From NCBI GenBank assembly GCA_973895155.1, contig OZ316892.1:25815233-25879232 (forward strand): 64,000 bases of DNA, in the 5' to 3' direction. Below the pieces are notes generated by a model. The model made no database searches. It saw only the letters and a list, made by a program, of their open reading frames with translations, and was not told the DNA's origin. How positions within the stretch are numbered: position 1 is the stretch's first letter; each line of letters begins with the position of its first letter. Both the position numbers and the translations under genes were made by a program. This stretch comes from Marsupella aquatica. Its lineage: Eukaryota > Plantae > Marchantiophyta. Of this stretch, positions 55,301-64,000 are shown piece by piece.

Positions 55301-58185
55301 GATTGTCCTCACTACTGGCGCTATCATCTACCAGGTAAATTCACTAACCCACAATGCTGAGTTAGCCCTTGATTGATTCAATCGAAGGGTACATACAAAT
55401 TCATATTCCCATTGATTTGCAATTTTCTCTGAATTTATACACCTAAGATTCGTGCATAGAGGAAAAAGTGTTTGTAGATGACTTGAAATTGAGCTCTACA
55501 TTCATCGATACCCTAGCTAAGATGGCTAACCATTTTTCAATGTTAATGGCCCTTTCTCAGGTGAAAGCGAAGAACAGTTTGCCACACGCCTCGCAGAAAA
55601 CCTTGAGAAGCTCATCATCAAGGAGGGACCAGAGACGGTCAGTACTTATGCAAGTTCTTAGGTGTTTAGTGGTGACGAGATGGTTTCAGCAAAGCGCATT
55701 TGGGAATGGCAAGTTAAAGATCGCGTCGTTGCATGAATTGGATGGTTTTGGCAGTCGTGGATAAATGGGCATTCTTTCTAATCCTGTAAACCTTAATATT
55801 TTACAGATTGCGGCCTTCATCGCAGAGCCCGTCATGGGGGCAGGTGGTGTTATGCCACCCCCCGCAACATACTTTGATAAGGTAACTTCATAGAACTTTA
55901 ATTGTTTTTGACTGAATTCTCATCATTGATTTTACTCTATGAACATCATGTTGACTCTGCTGGTTGACAGGTGCAACCAATCCTGAAAAAATATGACATC
56001 CTCTTCATAGCAGATGAGGTGAGACATTTTGAAGTTAAAATATAGTCAAGACAGTCCATGCGCAATCATTTTCATATGTCTAAGTCTCCTTCATGCCTTC
56101 TGTATATAGATTACGAAGATGCAGCTATGCGAATGCTGTTTCATATTGTGCTCAAGAAATGACGTCTTTGTCGTCAATGTATTCAGTCACTATTGATCAT
56201 ACAATCATGTTTTAAATGTTTTTGTTTTAATCATTTGTAGGTGGTATGTGGATTCGGAAGACTGGGGACATGGTTTGGATCTGATAAGTACAATATCAAG
56301 CCAGACTTGGTCAGTATTGCCAAGGTATGGTGTCCGAAGCCCTTGTGAGAACTGAAGACTAATAGCGTAGGCTGATCTCTCCGAGGACTGTGGTGGTTTC
56401 AGGCTTAGTTCCCATGACTTTGGGCTTTTCAACGAAGGAAATCGGCTGTCACCCTTTCCGTGACTTGAAGCATTCTTATGAGTAGACTGATCCATAATCT
56501 GCTATGTGAACAGGCGTTATCTTCAGCTTATGCGCCCATTGGAGCAGTATTGATGAGTGAAAAGATTTGGACAGAGATATCCACTTATAGTGACACATTT
56601 GGTACTTGGACTTCCTTTCCTTCATTACACATGGGTTTTTTCCATGAACATCATACTGGTTGTAAATAACAAACAATGCCTACGCTTCAGCCAAGTTTCT
56701 GAGGCCTGATGTTCCATCATCATATTCTTGTACGTGTTTTCCGCTGCACAGGGCAATTTGGGCATGGATTTACGTACTCCGGACATCCAGTATCATGTGC
56801 AGTTGCCTTGGAGGCAATAAAAATCTACAAGTAGGTCAAACTTGTACAGATCCTGAATAAACTTTCCTGAAGATGAACTGCGTATCATCGACAGCGAGTC
56901 CTCTTTTCGTATTCTTCCAGCATTCTTGTCTACTTCAGAGCTACTTTTTTGTAATGTTAGCAACAATTTTAACCTCGTCAAATCATGCGACTTGTCTGCA
57001 GAGAGAAAAATATTCCCGAACATGTGCAGCAAGTGGCACCCACTTTTCAAGACGGAATGAGAACTCTCCTCGACAGCCCCGTCATTGCTGAAGTACTAAT
57101 CTGAACCATGGTTTTTCAGGAAACACATTTGCAAAGTTTTGATCAATCTCTGTTCATTTCATGACTTCATTGGTATTTCTATTTACTGGAATTCGCTGTG
57201 GGATTGAATTTCCTTAGATTCGAGGAGTTGGCCTAATTATGGCGGTGGAGTTTGGCAATAAAGATCCACAGAAGCCATTTCCAGCAGCATGGGGTACATT
57301 CAGAATCCTGCACAATCCTTTCGTGATGTACATTTTGGTCGATCTGTGGGTCGTTCGATGTGATACGTCTGACAGTAAGATAATCAGCTTGGTGGATGCT
57401 GACCCTATTACACCTAGCTTCAGAAACTGCAGCGTTAGCAGATCCTTTATCTCTCGACCGAGCCAGTCTTGATACTTCTGTTCTCTCTGCTAGTCTCTTC
57501 AGCTTTGCAACTCTGATCTGAAAAACTGATAGATGGTATCCTGAGTGACTACCATCATATCTAAACTTTTAGCACTCTGTTTTCTTGATGAGCCGTTGTT
57601 AAGTTTTGGTGATCAAATTAATGTTGCATGGATGAGGGGTTGGGAGAGTTGAGTGAAGGCAAATTCGGACTTCCTTACCGTGAAGCAAGTTTTAAGACGT
57701 TTTAGATTTCCTTTCCGTGAATCAAGTTCTAAAACTTTTGTGTCTTTAGGTGTCGGTAAATATTTTGGGGCCGAGTGCGCCAAGCGAGGAATGCTGGTCC
57801 GTGTTTCTGGCGATATTATCATGCTATCTCCTCCTCTCATCATTACGGAAGAGGAGCTGAAAGAGGTACGTTTTATCATTGGTGATCGTTCTTTCTGTGC
57901 ATTGACCTGAATGTTGTAGCCGTCAGTCTTGTTTCACGTTGAGCATTTACCTTCAACATCTCCAAAGAGGCATGGGCATGTCCTTGCGCTGTAGCTTCGG
58001 AAATATTACCATCTTACTCTGGCAACGAAATGAGACGAAGAACGAGAAGTAAGCATATTCCCATCTTGTGTTACAATGATAGATTAATTTTTCTGTCTCC
58101 GTTGCAGCTTGTTTCCATTTTCTCGGAGGGTGTAGAAGCCACAGAGAAGCGGGTTGAAGAATTGATGGCCAACGAAACAAAGTGA
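52331..58185 (+). CDS. POP2: Gamma-aminobutyrate (GABA) transaminase, class III PLP aminotransferase, multi-exon
   Basis: [107 protein letters not shown] (PLP lysine) [25 protein letters not shown]. Stop TGA at 58183-58185. Confidence 0.97.
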
Positions 58186-59313
58186 GTGCATCAATGGTGT
58201 CTGTGAGATATAATTTTCGTGAACGTTCGTCACAAATCATAACGAGCTGCTTTTTTCCTATGACATTGGTTGTACCTGGAGTTCCTCAATCGGGAACCGC
58301 CAAGTAGCAACCATCTTAGGGATATTGAGTATTGGAGCAACATGTTCCCCCATTTCCAATCTCTGAAGTACCTTGAAATCTTTGACGATGTTTGATATGT
58401 GTAAAATTAGTACTCTAGGTGTGTATAACTTAGCACAGTTGTGGATAACTCAGATGTGACAATTTCGAAACCAATCAACACTGAGTATATTCTGCCTGCT
58501 AACAAATTCAGCACTTACTCCAAAATCAGACTGATAATTGGAACATCGGAATTTTTGCGATTTGTATGATACCTACTGTCTTCCCCCTGAGCACGGCGCC
58601 AGAGGTTTTGTTCGAAATTTGTTAATCTTGATAAGAAAAAGTTGTTCTAACTTGAACAGAACTTCATTTTAACACAACACCTGGGCGCTGTTTTTAAAGA
58701 TGATGATGTGCTTAAATGTGTTTATGTATTTGAATATTCAGGGTTGTGTTCTGCCTTTTTTTTTTAATTTTGCATTGAGCACAAAAGGGAGTTCATGAAT
58801 TATAATTAAAGTACAAACAGAAGCCCTTGGTAGCCTTCACTGCAATTTTGGAGCAATATTACCCACACATAATGAATTGAAAGTGGCACTCTACATCCAT
58901 GTGCAAATGCACCAGAAAAAAAAGACCTTCTAAACCCTTATTCTATTGTCTTGATTTTGGACATTCATCACAATGTGTAAATTTGAACAGTGCCATTATT
59001 TGAATACAATGTCAAGATCATTTGAACACAGCGCCATCATTTGAATACAATGTCAATATTCAAACAAACATGATGCAAAGATCAAATAATAAAAATCCTG
59101 AAATAGTGATAGTGTTGAAACTAACACAACTCTCCGTGGCTGCAATATTCAAATACAAGGCATGGTCCAGGGTTTAGGCTCTAAAGTGAAGACTCATTCA
59201 TTTAAAATGTTGTGTACACCTTCAGATAAGGCGTATTTGGGGCCCCAGTGTGGATCACAGGAAGTGAGCGGAATCCCTACCCCTGGCCCATATAGCTGGC
59301 CTGTATAGTTTAA

Positions 59314-60038
59314 TCTATGTAACTAGATTATGAAACACAAGCTATCATATCTTATTCAAGAATATTAAAACAATGATTATAAAAAATAAAGTGAAAAAAA
59401 CATATCATTAAAGTGAATAAATAACCCTACTCTCTAGGTGAAACACAAGTACAAGTCAGTGTACCTTGTTGTAGGTATAATATTTTGTGATTGAAAGTGA
59501 AGCAAACTAATTTTGTACCTTTCTAAATTTTGGAGGGGGCTATTGAGGTGAGGCTTCTTTGTTTAGGTGATACCTATTGACCTATAAACCATAATTATTG
59601 GAATTCTTTTAAATAATAGACATATAAACTATCGAGATCATTGGATTGTGTCCTAGTTGCCTGGTTGAGTTTGGAGAGTGTGAAAAATTATATAGTATCA
59701 AGAAATTCTCATGGAAATGGGGAGTGCTTACAGCATAAATACACAATAAAACTATAGGGATAACTCAATTATTATACTAAAAAGATTTAAAGAAGTTTAA
59801 GCATGTCACTTAAAACTAAATACTTGAAAAATTACAGGGGTTTAAAAAATCCAAAAAATACAAAGTAAAAAGCATAGAAGAGAACAAATTGACATAAAAA
59901 TATCTAAAAATAAGTCAAAGTAACCAAAGTGTGTCCCGCCCATATAGCAGCATCAAAAAAATCCCATTAACCCTAAGCAATCACCGGTAGATAAAGTTCG
60001 TGTACATAATAAGGTTTTTGCGCCATGGGCTTCGCTAG
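59314..60038 (+). mobile_element. Possible decayed non-autonomous Helitron
   Basis: AT-rich tract starting at an A|TC junction and ending gtttttgcgccatgggc-ttcg-CTAG|T. The hairpin exists only if several substitutions (mostly C>T) are assumed. Confidence 0.25.
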
Positions 60039-60405
60039 TCTGTTCATTCCACTCGCGGAAATGAATAACTTCGTTGGTCTCTTGTTTCTACTCGTGGACA
60101 GAAATTTCTTTCTAGACCACGCATTCGTGAAGTTGAGTTTTACTTGCTAGAAGCTCGTTTAGTGCCGACTACATTGTCGTGGAATCGGTAATCCCGGAGC
60201 GCTTTGTTCGACCACTTGGTGTTAGATCTCAGCAAACAGCTGCCTGCCTTCGGCGCGTGATTCGTATACATGCCTCGATCTTAGTCCAGAATACTCAGAC
60301 TGACATATTTGTACCGTGCCGCGTTGAGTCTTTTCGTGTTTTCCTCATTTCAATTCGAGTCAATCGGTTCAATACTGTATCCTAGAGGTCTTCTCGTTGA
60401 TCAGA

Positions 60406-61155
60406 ATGTCAGACGCTGGAGAAGCTCCCTCGGTTGGAGAACGCAAGCGCACGGATGCGATCGGTAATGCTGTTGCGAGCTCAGGGCCAGAAGGACATCT
60501 CCGTGTCATTAATTCTCTTTCAACTCAAACTGTATGCAACATCCTCGAGCACGCTGCACAACAACACCCGGACGTTGCGGCTAGTATCGTCAACGAGGCG
60601 CCATAAGATCGTCGCAAGGCCAAAATTATTGACTTCGATTTTTATGCAAAATTAACCTGGAAAGCATTGAATGCAAACTGTGCTTCCTTGAGCGGCTCAC
60701 AGCGATATGATATGTTTGTAGCAGCGGAGGTCCTGAGCTATGTAAACACGATTGCGATGGCGACTAAGAACCATGCCAGCTTTGGGACGAAGAAAAGTGC
60801 CGTCGAGACGCTGCGGAAAATCGGCAAGAGCATCTGTCTGAGCGCTGATACGCTGGGACGTGAAGTAAGACGTTGCTTCGAGTGCGAATACATTCTCGAG
60901 AAGACAATGCTGCGGATAGCAAAGAGCATGACGGAGGAGGAGCGCAACGCAATGATGACGAAAGAATTCGATGATAAACTTATCCAGTTGGAGAAACTAA
61001 GCATTGGCTATAGTCTCTTTGAGATATATGAGACATTGAAGGATGTTCGGCTGGCATTGCTTGGGGAGCAAGAAACTGCGGATGTTGAGCCAGAGGAGGA
61101 TGAGAATGAGAATGAGCAACACGACTTGGATGACGTTGAGTGGGATCAATGGTGA
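60406..61155 (+). pseudogene. Intronless ~250-codon ORF with one in-frame TAA, resembling ascomycete hypothetical proteins
   Basis: Track ORFs 60397-60606 and 60667-61155 share a frame and are joined across TAA 60604-60606: ..AAQQHPDVA..*DRRKAKIIDFDFYAKLTWKALN..LSGSQRYDM..HASFGTKKSAVETLRKIGKSICLS.DTLGREVR.., ending in an acidic tail. Confidence 0.7.
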
Positions 61156-64000
61156 GATTGAAGAAGACCGTGAGTTTGAAGACTGAGGAGGGGAAAGGTC
61201 AGCATCGAAACATCAACATCCAGGAAATCTGTGTGACAGTCGCAGTAACCAAATCGAGGTTGTACTGAGCGTTGAATAAATTTATTTACGTAATTGTCTC
61301 GGAGCCACTCCCAGTTTGACCAAATAAGTGTGAAGCAAATTGCATATACTAGCCTCTGATATATCCTCTTGAAAAATAGCCAATTTCTGCCATCATCTTA
61401 ACAGCGTGGAATTCAGGGCATTGCTATCACTACTGATTCTTGCTATCAAAAGTGAATTTTCTTTGGTGTGTACTCCTTCTGGACTATCTCCCGTGAGATC
61501 GATTGTAGTTGTTGCAACTCACATTGGCATTACAGCATAGCAGATCTACACAGAACCACACTATCGCCGTACTTGATTTGTCAAGATTGGTTGTCTGAAT
61601 GGCCATTATGAGCCTGACAACCATGGCTGTTTCTTGTAATTGCGCAATGTGTCTATCCTAATTCCATCCCAGGGGTGTTCTCTGCATTCTGACTACTTTA
61701 TAAACAACTGCATACAAGCTATTGAATTTTGTCTTATGCTCATCACTAACTTACCAAATATCACCACGAATCGCTGGATACCAAAAATTGGCCTTCTAGC
61801 GTCGCTAGTTGCAGGTGACAGTCCAAGGTAATAGTATAACTTTTGCTGGCTATTGATTCATGGTTAACTTTTATCACTCGCATTTGGTAGAACGTTCTTT
61901 CTGATCATTTTGCTCCGGAAAGTGAAGTCAGTTAGTTTCGGCCCTGCATCCTTAGACACGTAATCAAAACCAATTTCCCACAGACTACCACTGCATCAGT
62001 CTCGTCGTGCATTTAAATGAGACACAGTAATCGAATGGACCAGCCCTAGCCTCACCTATTGAAGCCGGGAATGACCTGAAGCTTGATATGCGCATCGACA
62101 GACACATAAAAGACACCACCTCACAGTACTCACCAACTAGAAACGATCGCACAGGTACGTATCAGACCTTTCCAAGTGGTCCTATGATGATGAAAATCAT
62201 TTCTGATAGATCCTACCTGGCACAGTACGAGGATGGTATTCTATCTAATAATTATTTAAGCTTCGTGGATGTTTATCCTGGAGCTGAAAGTGTTAGCGAC
62301 CTTGAAGACACCCCGGACGTCATTTAGTCATGCACTTACGCCAAGGGAAGCACTTGACCTCATATCTCCTCTCCTTCACGATGTGGTCGGATGCCTTCTC
62401 GTCTTGGAGGTATTTGACTCACCATTGTTTTTGTCATTCGATAAATCAGGTTCAAGACTGGACCTCTAGCTGTTTGATGCGCATCTTTCTCGTCTCGTAA
62501 GCGCTTCTTCTGCTGCCAATTGACTGTATGTGAACTCGGAATTGAATTTCATGTGGCAAATAATCGCAATACTTCGGTTGCATCTTGGACGTAGCCGGGG
62601 ACGTAGCACCTGAGGTTCCTACCATTTGAACCAATTTGTTCCTTTGTTCTTCTGTCAAATCGCCTTCGACCCTCAAGATGAATTAAATGAACTCCGTCTA
62701 TACTGGTCAGCTGTACTCAAAGGAGACCAGACAGACGCGTCGGGTCATGTCGGCCCTCATCCGCTTTCTCAGCCCTGTCAAGAGCAAGTCGCTATCCGAG
62801 GAGTGGACGTTCAATGTTCGGGAGGGAGGGGCGAGCAGCGGGTGACGCGAGGGCGGAAGGGCGCGGCCGCGCGGGCCTGCAGTCAGCCCAGTCCACGAAA
62901 TTCCCCGATCAAATCGGAAGGCGAGACAGGGCAAGGGAAGGGTTCTTTCCTTTGCAATCTGCAATTGCAATCTTCTCCAATAGTGCAGACTACATTCGTG
63001 AATCGATTTTCATCGCCATATTTTTCTAAATAGAATTTATGATGATTATTTCTACAATTGCACGTACAGAGATTAGTTTTAGGCTTGTCGCTAACAAAGT
63101 TGTCCTGGTCACTCTCTCTGCAATAGTAAACTTGTGACTTTCTGTCTTGATGGCCTAACCTGCTGAACGTGATCTTCCGACAGATAGAGTGTACAGTCTT
63201 CACTCGAAACGATCCACGGGCGACACATTCAATTCCGCAGGTAATCTTTTGTCTGCGCCTCGAATTTTAATCTACAGATGGTGTCACTGAAGTACAAATG
63301 AATGCTCCTCTCTCCCTAGATAAATGCAAATTGAAAACTCTCCCATATGTGTCGAGAGTTCACTAGAATCCTTACAGATGGGAGATTAAAACGTCGCATT
63401 TTTCTCTTCCAGTTCTAGTGTAAAAGTTGAAGACGACACTCTGGACTTCGTGGTAAGATTTCGATCCATGAGGCGCAATAGGTCTCGCTGTGAGTTCTAG
63501 GGCATGTCAATCGCAAATCCATAGGTTTACCCTTTGGAATCCTGACCGATCTTGAAGAATTCTGTCAGTACATATTCTCTATTAGAAGTTCGATTTCGAT
63601 GAGGTCTCCGATCATATGCCAGCGAGCAATATTAGTTTACGTAGACTAAATCCGGCCCATCGGTCAATGCAATGCGTTCTTTCCGTGTAACTATATCCAA
63701 GCTGTCCATGGCACCACTGTAATCGCACATAAAAGTACAACATTAATCACAGAATACATATCCGAAATCGCACAATGGATGTAGAAACACAGAATTGATT
63801 TCTTCCGCCCCTCCTTCTACGTGCACTTACCGGAACTCAAGGCTTTTCCATGTTCTGATCAGTGGATTAGACTGTACTCTTAGAAAAGTCGTTTCATTAG
63901 GTAACAATCAAAGAGTCACATTCTTTCTGAGCAATTTTCGACACAAACTTCTACACCATCACACCTCAAAATTTATCGACACGGCAAGAGGATCCTGGTC

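Noticed and set aside
60738-61004. Minus-strand ORFs opposite the fungal-like ORF
   Set aside because: In-register antisense shadows with no independent support.

Overview
Eukaryotic, intron-rich land-plant DNA; gene structure and composition suggest a bryophyte such as a liverwort (inference). Bases ~1-17 kb are a decayed-repeat landscape that looks CpG-depleted: two copia-type solo LTRs, MULE- and Helitron-like termini, relic ORFs and many short tandem duplications. A gene-rich block follows: a fragment of an unidentified spliced gene (~21.2-21.9 kb, +), an FGGY/xylulokinase-like kinase with bacterial-type motifs (22302-29501, -), alpha-tubulin (31653-37196, +, with a 382-bp TA-flanked MITE in intron 3) and histidinol-phosphate phosphatase HISN7/IMPL2 (41093-44382, +). 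Next is a complete 4.3-kb PIF/Harbinger element (45717-50027, TIRs plus TTA TSD) whose Myb-like and transposase genes are both broken, but which carries an uninterrupted third ORF. GABA transaminase lies at 52331-58185 (+), followed by an intronless ORF with one in-frame stop (60406-61155) that resembles ascomycete hypothetical proteins, a candidate fungal HGT. No rRNA, tRNA or CRISPR array was seen. All calls come from reading the sequence; no database search was run.
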